A DNA stretch of 64,000 nucleotides from an uncultured Mycoplasma sp. (GCA_947039955.1 CAMRAC010000004.1:47344-111343); one strand, 5' to 3'. Positions 21,978 through 35,053 are shown, counted from the stretch's first letter. A program made the numbers and translations. Notes: generated by a model from the sequence alone, not told the origin.

Positions 21978-23856
21978 ATTAACTAAAAAGATAGACGAGA
22001 AAGATTCAGATATAACCATTGACAAAGCTTTATTAATAGAGTGACTTGATATGGAAGGTAAAGTAATTATTATTCCAATTTACCAAAGAGGTTATTCATG
22101 AGAAGTTGGGCATATTGAGACATTATTTGAAGATATTGTGAACAGAATGGAAGATGATTCTTCTCACTATTTTGGAATAATTGCCGGAAAAAATATAAGT
22201 GGTTCAGGTCCGGGTAAAAAAAATATAGTCAAAATAATTGATGGTCAACAAAGATTGACTAGTTCTTTTTTATTTTTTTGTGCAATTAGGGACATTATAT
22301 TAGAAGAAGAAATAGGCAATATTATTGATTATAAAACTTTATCAAAAATATTAAAAATAAATTCAAAAGAAAAAATTGAAGAATACTTCTATAATCCTGG
22401 AGGTCAAACAGACTTAAATGAAGCATTTATAAAAATTTTAAAAGGTGATTTAAAAGATATAAAGAAGAAGAATAATTTTTATGAAAATTATTTGAAATTT
22501 AAAGAATTAATTCAAAATAAACAATTTAATTTTGAAGAATTAAATCAATTAATGAACACATTTTTATATAAATTTGAAATTGCTAACATATTTTTTAAAA
22601 CAGATAAAATTTCAAATAAGAAAGAAATGGAAATTTTTGAAAACTTAAATTCAAAAGGCAAGGAATTAAGTTCTGAAGATTTAATAAAAAACTTTATTTT
22701 TAATCTTTGTTCCGATGAATTACTTGTAAAACACGATGAAGATCAAATAACTCTTATTTTTCACTCATCTATTACAGATGAATTGGGAGAAGGTAAATTG
22801 ACTGGTAAATTTTACAAAAGCTTAATCCAATATAATATAGGTACTGAGTTCCAGGACAATAGACAAATTCAATTAACTGAATTCAAAAAAGTGGTTGAAA
22901 ATATATTTAATATTGATATGAATGAAGAAATAAAGACAATAAAAGAATATAAAAAATTATTAAATGAAATTAAAGATTATGCAAAAATTTTCTATGATAT
23001 TTCTAAAGAAAATAGAAAAAAAATAGTTTCTTGATTGGGTGTGGAAAAAATAATCATCCTTTGTAATGAAGAAAGTAAATTAAATCTATTTGCCGGATTA
23101 ACATATTTGATGTTTGAATTTTTTAAAAGACAAGATAAATATGATGTCAACGTCCGTCTTCCTGAAGCAACTCAAAAAGATATTAAAAGAATTTACCTAA
23201 CAATTATGAAAGCAATAACTAAAAACTGAGTTATTACAAGGCGTGGTGATTCTGGTTTTAGAAGGATGATTTTAAAATCTATATATTTAGTAAGACAAGA
23301 TTTTTTGAATGATTTAAAAATTACACTTCAAACAATAGGAGAGAAATTAAAAAAATATATTGCTGACGGATTAAATAGTGATGAAGAATTTAGGTCATCT
23401 ATTATAAATAATAGTGATGCACACAAATCAATTACATGACTTCTTATATTAACAGAATGAGAAATGAGTGATTGATTAAATTCTGGACAATATATTGATT
23501 ATAAATCTCCTTCTATTGAACATATATTACCTAAAAACTCTGACCTTTGAGAAGAAGAAATGATACAAAATTCAGAATATAATATGGAAGAATTTAGAAA
23601 AAACAAAGAAAGAAATTTAGAACAATTTGGTAATTATTTTATACTAAACAAAGAGAAGAACTCCTCTGTAGGCAATATTATTTTTTCAAAAAAACAAGAA
23701 GGGTATAAAACAAACACATCACCTTTATATAACAATCCTAAATATCCTGATATTGATATTTCTAGAAAAACATCATGAGGATTTAAAGATATTCAAAAAC
23801 GTACTGACAAACTTATAAACTATATTTGTGAAAGCGTTATTAAAGACAACAATTAA
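21970..23856 (+). CDS. DUF262 + DUF1524 protein (GmrSD-like type IV restriction nuclease family)
   Basis: N-terminal motifs are IIPIYQRGYSW, KIIDGQQRLTS and FENLNSKGKELSSEDLIKN. C-terminal motifs are SIEHILPKN...FGNYFILNKEKNSSVGN. Four track fragments share one frame (1887 nt, 628 aa) with only TGA between them. Confidence 0.85.
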
Positions 23857-23887
23857 ATCGTTGTAAATAATCCTATTAAAGATAAGG

Positions 23888-25573
23888 TTATTTTTTTTGT
23901 TGTATCTTATAATCTGCTAATTGTTCATCAGTTACTTTAGATGGAGATTCTGACATTACATCAATTCCATTGGCATTTTTAGGGAAGGCGATAACATCTC
24001 TAATTGATTTTGATTTTGATAAAATCATTAAGATTCGGTCAACACCGAAAGAAATCCCTCCATGTGGTGGTGCTCCATATTTAAAGGCTTCTAAAAAGAA
24101 TCCGAATTGTGAAGATATTTGCTCTTCTGTTAATTGTAAAGATTTAAAGATTTGAGTTTGTAATTCACGATCATTGATTCTGATTGATCCTGAAGATAGT
24201 TCATAACCATTTAAAACTAAGTCATACGCTCTTGCATTTACTTTAAGTGGTTCTTTATCTAAATACTTTAAAGTTTCAGTTGTTGGATGGGTAAATGGGT
24301 GATGCATTGAAGATATTCTTCCATCAATCTCTTCGAATAGTGGTCAATCAACAATTCAAACGAATTTATATTCATCTTCATTTGCATAATTAAATAGTTC
24401 ATTTGCTTTGGTTCTAATAGCACCTAATGATTGATTAACATTTTCTAATTGATCAGCTACAAATATTAACGTTGAATTAGTAATTTTAAATTTCTTAATA
24501 ACTTCATTCAATTCGTTAGTAATAATAGTGTTTAAATTATTCTCATTAAATTTCCCATCAGCAATTTTAATGGCGATGATTTTTTCTGCTTTATTTTTTA
24601 AAGCAATTTCTTCAAGAACTTTAATTTCTTTTGAAGATAGTGACTGTTCAAAGTTAAGCATTTTGATTGATGCTTTTTGGAAGATTTCTGACTTAACATT
24701 TTTGAAGATATCCGAAACATCTAAAAGTTTTAAATCAAACCTTAAGTCTGGTTTATCACAACCATAAGTATTCATTGCATGTTGGAATGACATTCTTTCG
24801 AATTTAGGTTTTAATTTATAACCAATAACATCCATGATTGCAATTCAAAGATTTTCCATTACTGAAAATAATTCTTCTTCATCGATAAAAGACATTTCCA
24901 CATCAAGTTGAGTAAATTCTGGTTGACGATCTTTTCTCATATCTTCATCACGGAAAGCTCTTGCTACTTGGAAGTATCTTTCAAATCCTGAAATCATTAA
25001 AAGTTGTTTATATATTTGTGGTGATTGTGGCAAGGCGAAAAATTTTCCATCTGTTCTTGTTGGTACCAAATAATCTCTTGCTCCTTCTGGAGTTGATTTA
25101 GATAAAATTGGTGTTTCGATTTCAATAAATCCATTGTCATCAAAAAAGTTTCTTGCAGCTCTTAAAACCTTATGTCTCAATAATAAATTATCATACATTT
25201 TAGGTCTTCTTAAATCTAAGTAACGATGCTTTAATCTAGTATCTTCCTTAGCATTTAAATCATCTTTAATTTCAAAAGGTAACTCATCTGATTTACTTAA
25301 GATTTCATAATTAGTAACATTAATTTCATAGTTACCTGTTGGCATATTAGGATTAGGTGATTTACGAGTTACCAAAATTCCTTCGACTTTTAAAACAGAC
25401 TCTTTTGTAAAGTCGATTTTATCCGGGAAAACTAGTTGTACAAAACCAGTTCTATCTCTAAAATCAACAAAAGAAATTTGACCCATCTTTCTAATGTTGG
25501 AAACTCAACCATAAAGGGTTACTTGGTCGTTTTCTTTTAATTGTAATACATCTATGTTATTTGTTTTTTTCAT
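23888..25573 (-). CDS. aspS: Aspartate--tRNA ligase
   Basis: MKKTNNIDVLQLKENDQVTLYGW VSNIRKMGQISFVDFRDRTG... Further motifs are FRDEDMRKDRQPEFTQLD and GGISFGVDRILM. 1686 nt in one frame. Confidence 0.95.
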
Positions 25574-26831
25574 TTGCAATTCCTTCTAAAATGTTTTTTA
25601 CCACTTGCTGTTGTTCTACTTCAATTTTAGCATTTTTAATAGTGTTTTTAATTGTTATTAGTTTGTTGTCTGGATTCGAGAATAATTCATAATAAACAAT
25701 CTGAGCACTTTCGAATAATGTAGCTTCTGCAAAAACCTTTTTCTGCTTAGTGAATTTTTTATTAAAATCAACCACAATATTTTGATTTCTCAATTCACAA
25801 ATCATTGGGAACATTACTTCAAATTCTTTCTCATTATTAATCATAAAATAAACATCAACTTTATCATCTGTAATTGTTGAATTATCTTTTAAAATTTCAA
25901 ACAGTCTTTCAACACCAAGTCCGAAACCAACTCCAACAATATCTTGTCCAGAATTTTGAATTAAGTTGTCATAACAACCTCCACCAATAATTGTTGATTT
26001 AGTACCTAAAGTTTTTGAGTGAGATTCAAATTCAAAAACAACATTAGTATAATAATCCAATCCTCTAACCAAAACAGGATCAACTTCATATGAAATTCCA
26101 AATGATTTTAAAAGAGATAATAATTCATCAAATGATTTTCTTGATTCAGAAGCAAGGAAATCATTAATTTTAGGTGCATTTAACACAACTGATTTTTGTG
26201 AATCTACTTTATCATCTAATATCCTAAGTGGATTGGTGTGTATTCTTGAAACCGATAGTGGAGAAAGGTCGGCTTGATTTTCAGAAAAATAAACCGATAG
26301 CTCTTTAGTGAAGATTTCTCTTTCTTCTTTGGTTCCAATATTATTAATTTTTAAAACTCAATCTTCAATTTTTAATTGCTTTAAAAAACGTTGACCAAGA
26401 TCGATAATTTCAATAATTGAATAAATACTATTGTCACCAACGAGTTCTGTACCAATTTGATAAAATTGTCTCATTCTTCCTTTTTGGGGTTTTTCATATC
26501 TGAACATTGGTCCAATATAAAATAGTTTATTGAATCTCTTATTAATTAGAAGTTTGTTTTCTACAAGTGCACGAGCTACAGGAGCTGTTCCTTCTGGTCT
26601 TAGTGCTAATTCCCTATTTGACAAATCTTTGAAGGAGTATAGCTCTTTAACTACGATATCACTCGTTTCTCCTGACGTATCTTTAAATAAAGAAAGTGAT
26701 TCAAAGATGGGAGTTGTTATTTTTTGGAAGTTATATGATTTTGCCAATGCTTCAAAGGAAGAAAAAATTAATGAATAGATTTTTTGATCATGTCCATATA
26801 TATCTTTTGTCCCTTTCGGTCTCTGTATCAT
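25557..26831 (-). CDS. hisS: Histidine--tRNA ligase
   Basis: MIQRPKGTKDIYG..., then LRPEGTAPVARA, then FRYEKPQKGRMRQFYQ, then GGGCYDNL. 1275 nt in one frame. Confidence 0.95.
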
Positions 26832-26842
26832 ATATTCCTTTC

Positions 26843-26869
26843 AAAAAATAAAAACCCACATGGGGTTTT
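26843..26869 (-). terminator. Terminator-like hairpin between secDF and hisS
   Basis: A 7-bp stem, aaaaccc/gggtttt, with a 5-nt loop. On the minus strand it is followed by tttttatttttt. It lies only about 12 nt upstream of the hisS ATG. Confidence 0.6.
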
Positions 26870-26978
26870 CATTTAAAACAATTAATCCCTATATGTAATT
26901 AATTTTATCAAATAAACATTTGTTTTATTTAATATCGTTAATACCTAAGAATATTTGTTCTTGAATATTTTGTGTTTC

Positions 26979-29411
26979 TCAATAGTTATTAAGTATTTTT
27001 TCTCTTTTTCTACGGCTTTTGAAAGCTTTGAAGATATTGAAGAAGTAAGGAGCCATTACCATCGATACAACTAGCGACATTAATATAAATATCATCAGAG
27101 GTATTGTGAATAAGATGCTTTGTCCTCCAGGTAATAATGTGAATATCAATAAGATGCTCATCAATATACCATTAGAGATAATCATTCTTTTGAATGAATC
27201 TCTAACAACTCCATTAGAAATCTTTGTTAGTTCCACTTTTGTTAACTCTTCAGTTTTTTTATTCTTTAACTTTTCCTTGATTCTTAATAAGATTGATAGA
27301 TTGTTAGATACAGCAATTAAGATAGCTGCTGTTAGTCCAAAAATAAAGAATGTATTAAATGTCAATATTTGGAAAGTGAATAAAACAATAAATAGAACAA
27401 TTGAAATTAATAGTGTTAAGAACATTGTTAACGCATAAGCTCAATCAGATTTAATCAAAACAAAGATTGTCATTATGATTAATACCGCTAAAGCGATATA
27501 CATCACATTTGCAATTGATTTATTTGCATCACCTGAAAGAATTTTGTAATTTATTAAGTGCAGTCCTTTGCTCCGTAATTCCAAGATTTTTTGATCATCA
27601 ATGGTTTGGTTTGTTGTAACTTCAACTAAATATGAATCAGTTTCTTTATCAACAAGCTTGATTGTTACTTCATGATTTTGAATTCCTAAATCCGTCACTA
27701 GAATATCTACATATTTTTTAGCTTCAGTAGAACTCATTGAATTAGTAGATTTTAACACCGTCGGGTTTGCAATAGCTCCTCCTGGGTTAAAACCATTCAA
27801 TCAACTAGAACCTATGAAACCAAATGTTGTAAATAATGTTGCACCAATAATAGCTGTGACTCCTAGAACTAAACCTGATGTTTTTTTAACAAGAGTTACT
27901 TTTCTAGAATCAGATATACTCGATAAATCCAATGCATGAGTTTCATCTAATATAGACAATTCTTCTTGGTTAGTCACTTCTACTTTTGCAACTTCTGATT
28001 TTGTCTTAAATCTCTTTTTATAAATTCCAAAAAGATGTTTTTTATCATCAAATACTTTGGTTCCTAAAATTAAATTCGCTAAAATTCTAGTCATTCCAAA
28101 CATAATAACTGACATAAAGATTGACATAATCAAGATCAATGAAGAGAATGTTCCTAAATATAATGAACCGACTATATAAATTATAGTAGAAGTTATTAAT
28201 AGTGCAAGCGCTTTAGTGATTGAAGAATTCAATGTTAATTTATCAGCTTTTTTAAGAGATTTTTGCAATCCATTGCCAGCTTTAAGTTCTTTCTTAAATC
28301 TTTCAAAGAAAACAATGTTGAAATCTAATCCAATTCCTACAGCAACCATCAACGCTGCAATTGCTTCTGCTGAATACTCACCTCTAAACACTGTAATCAT
28401 CAATAAACCAAGGAATATCAAGAAGGCAGCACATATTGTTGATAATGCTCCTAATAATCCATAATTAACAATTAGGAAGATAGCAATAAATGAGAATGCA
28501 ACAATAGACGCAATAACTAAAAAATCAGAAGCATTATTTCCAAGTTTAGGACTCATGAAGTTAAATGTTTGTACATTAAGTGAATATGGAGAAACAGAAA
28601 AATCAAGATTATAGAAAATTTTTTCTTTTTGTTCAAGAGAAATTTTTGGAGCAAATGCGAAATCTAAAGCCAATGAATCAACGAATTTTCCATCTTCAGG
28701 AGAAGCATTTTTAGATACTAAATAATCTGTTGCTTCAAATCCACCATAAGCTTTTGTTTTTAAAATTGCTTTGGCTCCATTTTCAACATCTTCAGTTACT
28801 CCATTAATGAATAAAAATTTATAAGGATCTCTTTGAACTGCTTCTGAAGTTCATTCATCATTATATTCAGCAGACGCCATTGTCATTAGTTCTGTTAAAT
28901 TTCTTCAAACCAGAATTCCTTCACTTGCATATGAAGGACCGAATAAGTCTAAAGTTACATTTCCATTACTCATAGTTGCATTACTAAAATCAAAATCTAA
29001 TACTTTTGGTTTTCCATTTGAACCCATAACTTGTGATGTTACTGTTGTTTCTTGTTTTTTAGTGATAAATGATTTGAAAAAATTCATTTGTTCGTTTGTA
29101 TTAACGTTTGTTCCAGTGATTGTTAAGAAGTCTTTTGAATTCAAAGTAACAGCATAACTTGAATCTTCAGGAAGTGTAAGTCTTAATCTTTGCTCAACTT
29201 GTCTTTTGATTACTTCTGGTTCATCATCAAGATCAGTAATTTTAAGAACAATTTCTGCTCCTGAGCTATAACTGCTTGTTGGTTTATTATTACTAACAGA
29301 GTATACAGAACCCAAGGCAATTGCAAGGGTCATAGAAACCAAAGAAATAGATGAAATAGTTCATCTTTTTCAATTAGATAATTTGAAAATTTTCTTAAGC
29401 TTGGTAAACAT
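26979..29411 (-). CDS. secDF: Protein translocase subunit SecDF (fused)
   Basis: Four track fragments share one frame (2433 nt). The N-terminus MFTKLKKIFKLSNW KRW TISSISLV.. is a TM anchor. It has a large periplasmic-type domain, GLDFNIVFFERFKKEL, and two 6-TM blocks. Confidence 0.85.
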
Positions 29412-29440
29412 AATATAAATTATACTAAAAAGTTAATAAT

Positions 29441-30415
29441 TTATTTGATTTTAGGGGTATTGATATTGTAAGTTAGCAAATATTTATAACCATCTTGAGT
29501 CATCTTTCTCCCCCTTGATGTTTTTGAGATTAATTTCAAAGATAATAGCGATGATTCAATATCGTTAATAATCACTTCTTTTGACTCATTCAAAATACTA
29601 GCAATAGCATCTAAAGAAGTTGCTTTCATATTAAAAACATCTGATAAAATATTTAAATATTCAATATGCAATGCATTCAATCCGTGTTTAAAAAGTGATA
29701 AATAACTGAATGTTTTAGTAATTATTTTATCAGTAATAACACCTTCATTATAAAAATATGCAAAATCAATGATTCTCTTCAACAATCTATTAGCTATTCT
29801 TGGAGTTCCATTTGAATAACTAGCAATTTTTGATGATTGTTCCTTAGTGATTGAACACTTTAATAATTTAGATGAATTAATAATTATTTGAGATAATTCT
29901 GCTTCTTTGTATTTTTCTAATTTAGACAAAATACCAAAGCGATCTTTAATTGGCTGACTAATCTTAGATATATTAGTGGTAGCACCTATTAGTGTGAAGG
30001 GTTGAATCTTCATCCTAACAATCTTTTTGTCTCCCTCAGGTCCGATGGAAATATCAATAACACTATCTTCAAGTGCTGAATATATTAATTCTTCCAGATT
30101 TTTATTAATACTATGTATTTCATCTATGAAAATAATATCTCCTTCACTAACATTTGCGAAGATTGCAAGAATGTCTGAACGAACAACTAATAAAGAACCT
30201 TGAACAAAAACAATATTACGATTAGAATAAATCGCTATTATTTCTGCTAATGTTGTTTTACCTAATCCGGGAGCCCCATAAAATAACATGTGGTCCGGAT
30301 AGCTTTTTTGTTCTTCTGAAGATTTAATAATAACTTTTAATGTTTGAACAAGTTTTTTTTGACCAATAAAACCATTGAAACTATGCGGTCTGAGTGATTT
30401 TTTTGTGTTGTTCAT
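29441..30415 (-). CDS. ruvB: Holliday junction branch migration helicase RuvB
   Basis: LRPHSFNGFIGQKK, GAPGLGKTTLA and IIFIDEIH. Confidence 0.95.
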   Translation of the reverse strand: MNNTKKSLRPHSFNGFIGQKKLVQTLKVIIKSSEEQKSYPDHMLFYGAPGLGKTTLAEIIAIYSNRNIVFVQGSLLVVRSDILAIFANVSEGDIIFIDEIHSINKNLEELIYSALEDSVIDISIGPEGDKKIVRMKIQPFTLIGATTNISKISQPIKDRFGILSKLEKYKEAELSQIIINSSKLLKCSITKEQSSKIASYSNGTPRIANRLLKRIIDFAYFYNEGVITDKIITKTFSYLSLFKHGLNALHIEYLNILSDVFNMKATSLDAIASILNESKEVIINDIESSLLSLKLISKTSRGRKMTQDGYKYLLTYNINTPKIK

Positions 30416-30962
30416 TTGAAATTACTTTAATGGCATCTTCAACCATTTCTTCAATTGGTGCATTTGCATCAATATTATTTATTGCCAGTGATATCTGTGT
30501 TTTAGTAAAGCCTAGTGCTTTTAAAGTATCTATTAAGTCCCCTTGATTTTTACTTGCTGGGTTTTTACTTAAAATGGTGTTGTATTTAGTTTGAAACTCA
30601 AAGACTAATTGTTTAGCAGATCTTTGGCCAAGATGTGGCATTTGTGATAACTTCTCTCAATCACCACTAGCAATTAAGTCTAATGATGTCTTTCATCCCT
30701 CATTAAGAATGGCAATTCCAGTTTTGGGACCAATTCCTTGTATTGATAAAAGATCTTCGAAAAACAATCTTTCTTTAAAATCTTTAAAACCATAATAAGC
30801 ATCTATGTAATCATTTTTGTGATGATACATAAAGACCTTCTGAAATTTGTCTAATTCAAACCTTTCGATTTCTGGTGCGTAAACCACAAATCCTGTGTAA
30901 TTTGATTCAAACAAAAAATAATTTTTCGCGATTGAAACGATTTTCCCTAATTTGTATAACAT
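30381..30962 (-). CDS. ruvA: Holliday junction DNA helicase RuvA
   Basis: GGAGG lies before the ATG at 30962. MLYKLGKIVSI..., then the HhH motif LLSIQGIGPKTGIAIL, then W ..LSQMPHLGQRSAKQL. Two TGA codons join the track fragments. Confidence 0.85.
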
Positions 30963-31066
30963 ATTTAATTCCTCCAAAGATATATGTTCAAAAAAGAATG
31001 TTTTATTTACAAATAATATTTATTTAAGAAAAAGTCATTGCTTTGGCAAAAAAAAGCAAAAAAAAA

Positions 31067-31143
31067 TGGGGTAGATAACGGGATTCGAACCCGCGCATAA
31101 CGGCACCACAAGCCGCAGTGTTAACCACTTCACCATATCTACC
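31067..31143 (-). tRNA. tRNA-His (anticodon GTG) with encoded G-1 and CCA
   Basis: Hand-folded cloverleaf. The acceptor GTAGATA/TATCTAC carries an extra 5' G opposite C73. The anticodon stem is GCGGC/GCCGT with loop TTGTGGT. The T arm is GCGGG-TTCGAAT-CCCGT. Confidence 0.9.
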
Positions 31144-31176
31144 ATGATATGTTTATAAAATTATTATACTAAAACT

Positions 31177-31479
31177 TTAATGTCTTCCTTGATAATTCAT
31201 CAAAATATTATAAGGTTTTATATCAAACAACCCTACAATTGTTTCATTTACGTACTTTTTAACTAAATTTACTGTTGCAAAAAGGTCAGAGCTTTTACTT
31301 AAAGTAAAGTCAAAAGATATTTTGACATTCTTTCCTTTTCTAACAATAACGATTTCAGGTTCACCAGCAACTTTAACATCTAAAATTTTTGAAGAAATTA
31401 AGTTAACTATATCTAAAAAGACATTTTTGTGAATGTTAGTGGTTTGATTAATATTATTTTTAATATTGATGTATTCCAT
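31177..31479 (-). CDS. Small Asp23/Gls24-like protein (tentative)
   Basis: 100 aa. ..VFLDIVNLISSKILDV.., its size and its position downstream of efp recall Asp23-family proteins. This is weak evidence. Confidence 0.4.
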   Translation of the reverse strand: MEYINIKNNINQTTNIHKNVFLDIVNLISSKILDVKVAGEPEIVIVRKGKNVKISFDFTLSKSSDLFATVNLVKKYVNETIVGLFDIKPYNILMNYQGRH

Positions 31480-32043
31480 TTACTTTTTACCTTTTCCTAT
31501 GTATTTCCCAGTTTCAGTAGCGACAGTGATAATTTCACCCTCTTTAATAAACATTGGCACTTCAATTTCAAAACCAGTTACAAGAGTAACTTTCTTTTGA
31601 GGATTTGTTGTTGTATTACCTTTAACTGCATCGGCAGCTTCAGCAACTTCAAGATCAACATTTAAAGGAATTTCTAAATCTAAAATTTCAGATTCAAATT
31701 TACGAACTTTAACTTCAGCTCCTTCATTTAAGAAATTAAGTTCTCATTTTAATTTTGAAGAACTTAATTCGATTTGTTCAAAAGTTTCATTGTCCATTAA
31801 AACACAATTAACTCCGTCATTATACAAAAAGTTCATCGCAATTCTTTCGATATGAGCTTTTTTAACTTTATCTCCACCTGTAAAAGATTTCACAACAGTT
31901 GCGTTGCTTCTTAAATCCTTAACTTTGGCTTTAACATTAGCTTGACCTCTTCCTTGTTTAGAGTGAGATGCTTCAAGCACGATATACAAACTACCATCCA
32001 TTTGGAAAGTAATTCCTGGTTTAAAATCATTAACACTAATCAT
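31480..32043 (-). CDS. efp: Elongation factor P
   Basis: MISVNDFKPGITFQMDGSLYIVLEASHSKQGRGQANVKAKVKDL... The frame continues through one TGA to ..IKEGEIITVATETGKYIGKGKK. Confidence 0.95.
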
Positions 32044-32055
32044 AAAATTCTCCTT

Positions 32056-33096
32056 TTATTTTCTTGAGAGAACTAAGTGACCAGAATCTGTAACTAAAAC
32101 ATCATCTTCAATTCTTGCTCCACCTAGGCCTTCAATATAAATACCTGGTTCAATTGTAATTACCATTCCTGGTTCTAAAAGCATTGGCATTTTAGCTGAA
32201 ACACTTGGAATTTCGTGAACATCTATCCCTAGACCATGTCCTGTGCTGTGGATAAAGTATTTTCCGTATCCCATTTCAGTAATGTATTGTCTACAAATAT
32301 CATCTAATTCTTTAGAAGATATTCCTGGTCTAACCGCTTCACGACCTCTTCTAGCTGCTTCTTCAACAATTTTTAGAATTTCTGTAAGTTTAGGATCAAC
32401 TACTGATGTAGGAGTTTTCTTGTAAATTTGAGTTCTAGTAATATCTGATGAATAACCTCTAAAGTAACAACCAAAATCGATTTTAACAATGTCTCCATCT
32501 TTTAAAGTTCTATTTGTTGGGTGGTGGTGTGGCATTGCTGAATTTGGACCAAAAGCAATAATTGACTCAAAAGATTCTTTATCTGCTCCCAATCTTTTCA
32601 TTAAGTAGTTTAATTTATTATCAAGTTCAATTTCTGAAACACCTTCAGTAACGAATGATTGTAATTTATCATAAGCTTCTAAAGAGATATTAACTGCTTT
32701 TTGAATCTTAGAAACTTCATTAGAATCTTTTAACATTCTTAATTCTTGACCTTTAATATTAATGATTATTGCATTAGGTAGTGTATTTTTTAATCTATTG
32801 TAATGAGTAACTTCTAGATAATCACTTTCAATAGCGATTTTCCCAAGGTTTCTAGATTGAATAAAATTAGTAAATGATTCACCTTCTAATAAAACAACTT
32901 CAACGTTTCTTGAATTATTTTTAGCATATTCAAAATATCTTCCATCAACAAACAATGTTGCTTTAGTTTTTTCAATAACTATTCAACCCTCAGAAACCAT
33001 TATTTCTGAGAATCATAATTTAGTTTGGTAAGATTTAGAAATTATTGCATCTAACTCAAATTGAACAAAGAATTCGTCTAAAACACTTCTATTCAT
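32056..33096 (-). CDS. pepP: Xaa-Pro aminopeptidase (M24 family)
   Basis: M24 metal ligands lie in ..DGDIVKIDFGCYFRGYSSDITRT.., ..HSTGHGLG.., ..ITIEPG.. and ..ARIEDDVLVT. The N-terminus was extended through two TGAs to the ATG at 33096. Confidence 0.85.
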
Positions 33097-33098
33097 AA

Positions 33099-33251
33099 TT
33101 ATTTTTTCTCCTTGTGAGTTGTGTGAGTGTTACACTTATGACAATGTTTTTGAATTTCTAATTTTTCTACTTGATTTTTCTTATTTCTTTTAGTAATATA
33201 ATTTTCCATTTTACATTCGTCACATCTCATTGTAATTCCAGTTGCAGCCAT
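33099..33251 (-). CDS. rpmG: 50S ribosomal protein L33
   Basis: Not in the track (50 aa). My translation is [50 protein letters not shown]. Confidence 0.9.
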   Translation of the reverse strand: MAATGITMRCDECKMENYITKRNKKNQVEKLEIQKHCHKCNTHTTHKEKK

Positions 33252-33361
33252 GTTTGTCTCCTATTTGTCTTAAATTCTCGTATTTTTGTTTTTAAAATTT
33301 AATTAAATATATTATATATTAAAAAAAATAATCAATAGTCATATTTTTTTCAATTAATAAA

Positions 33362-35053
33362 TTAAACAATATCTTTGGAATCAATTTGAATTTCAGAGTA
33401 TGAAGTAATTGATTGTATACCTTCATAATAGTCTAATTCAAGGTGTAAATCGTAATAAATCTTGAATTTATAACTGTTTTCCTTGGTTATTTTAATAGAT
33501 ATATTGTTCTGTTTGGGGGCAATATTTAGTGTTTTTATCAAAAAATTATTGAATAAACCGTTTCTTTTATAACTCAAACGAGAAATAAGATCATTTTTTT
33601 CTCCTAATAAATGAAACTTAACACCTTTTTCGCTCAAAAAATGTAAATCACCAAGAGATTGGTCGCTTGGTCCATCAGTTGGATTGTCAATTCAGTAATT
33701 TTTAAACAATAAAATGTTTGGTTTAAGCTGTGGTATTCCAAATGAAGATGTAAACTCACTTTGTCCAATTTCAATGGTTTCTCCAACAGATAAATTCTTT
33801 AATTTTGAGCTGTTTTCCACTTTATTAAGATCTTGAATAATGTTTGCTTCAAATATTCCACCAGGTGAAATAAATATTCTATTCTCTATTAAAGCTAAAT
33901 TTTCAGGACTAAATAACTCTGAAGATTTTTTAAAGTTAGCTATTTGCTTTGAACTTGTAGAAGCGCTATACTTTGCTGAACTTGTATCACTAGAGTAAGA
34001 TAGTTTAAAATTTCCTGCCAAAATTCCATTAATATCATTTGGGCTTAGATTTAACCCTTCTATTCCAATATTATTTACAGCTCCAAAATATTTATTAGAA
34101 ATTTCTTGATTAATTTGAATAAAAGTTTCTCAAGTCGCTAGTTTTCTTTGAGAATTTAAAAATATAGTAGAAGCATATATGTTTTTATCAACATTATTAT
34201 TAATGGTTACAGTTTCAGCTAAAACTTGAATAGCAGATCCTTCAACATCAAAACCAACCTTATATCCTGTTAGTTTTTTTGCTTGTGTAGAATCTATAAC
34301 TCATTTAGTTCCATCATATTTCTTCTCAACAAAACTTAAAGAAATAACTCATGGAACTTTTTTATCAAAAGAAGCACTATTGAATTTCATTTCAGATATA
34401 AATCCATTATCAACAATTTCTTTTAAATCTCAATTGGATACATTGAAGTTAGTTGAAAATGAGACACTAATTGGTTTTGCATTATATTTAAAGAAATCTT
34501 GGATTGTAAAACTACTAACATCATTAATAGTTTTTAAATCAGTAATAAAATTTAACTTATTAATTTCAGGTATAGAACTCACTTTAACTTCATTACTACT
34601 AGTAAATTTGTAAAAATTAGAAATAGTGATTTGCTCATTTGTTATTTTGTGACCTTCATAAGTTCCATCTAAAGATAGCAATAGTTTTTGAGATGCTTGC
34701 GAAGAACCCTCGAGTATTGTCAAATTCAGAAGATTAAAAGCAGGGTTAGCTTGTAGAGATGTGGTTAAACCTTTATTTGTTAAATTTGAAATATTACTAT
34801 ATTTATTAAAGTTTAATTGTTTTACTACACTTAAGAACTTGTCAACTTTTAAGGTTGCTTTATTTTCAATGCCCAAATCAATATCACCACCATTAGCAAA
34901 TTCTGTAATATCGCTAGGTGGAAATATAATTGGCGGTTCAACTGGAGGTTTTGGTTTAGGTTCTTCGGGTTTTACTTCATTTTGACAAGAAACAAGAATT
35001 AAGGGAAAACTAATTGTACTAATTAATCCGATTAGTAATAGTTTTGATTTCAT
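33362..35053 (-). CDS. Large lipoprotein (563 aa) with a proline-rich linker
   Basis: MKSKLLLIGLISTISFPLILVSCQNEVKPEEPKPKPPVEPP. The three track fragments share a frame. I checked the 34022-34429 gap and it holds only TGA stops. Confidence 0.75.
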
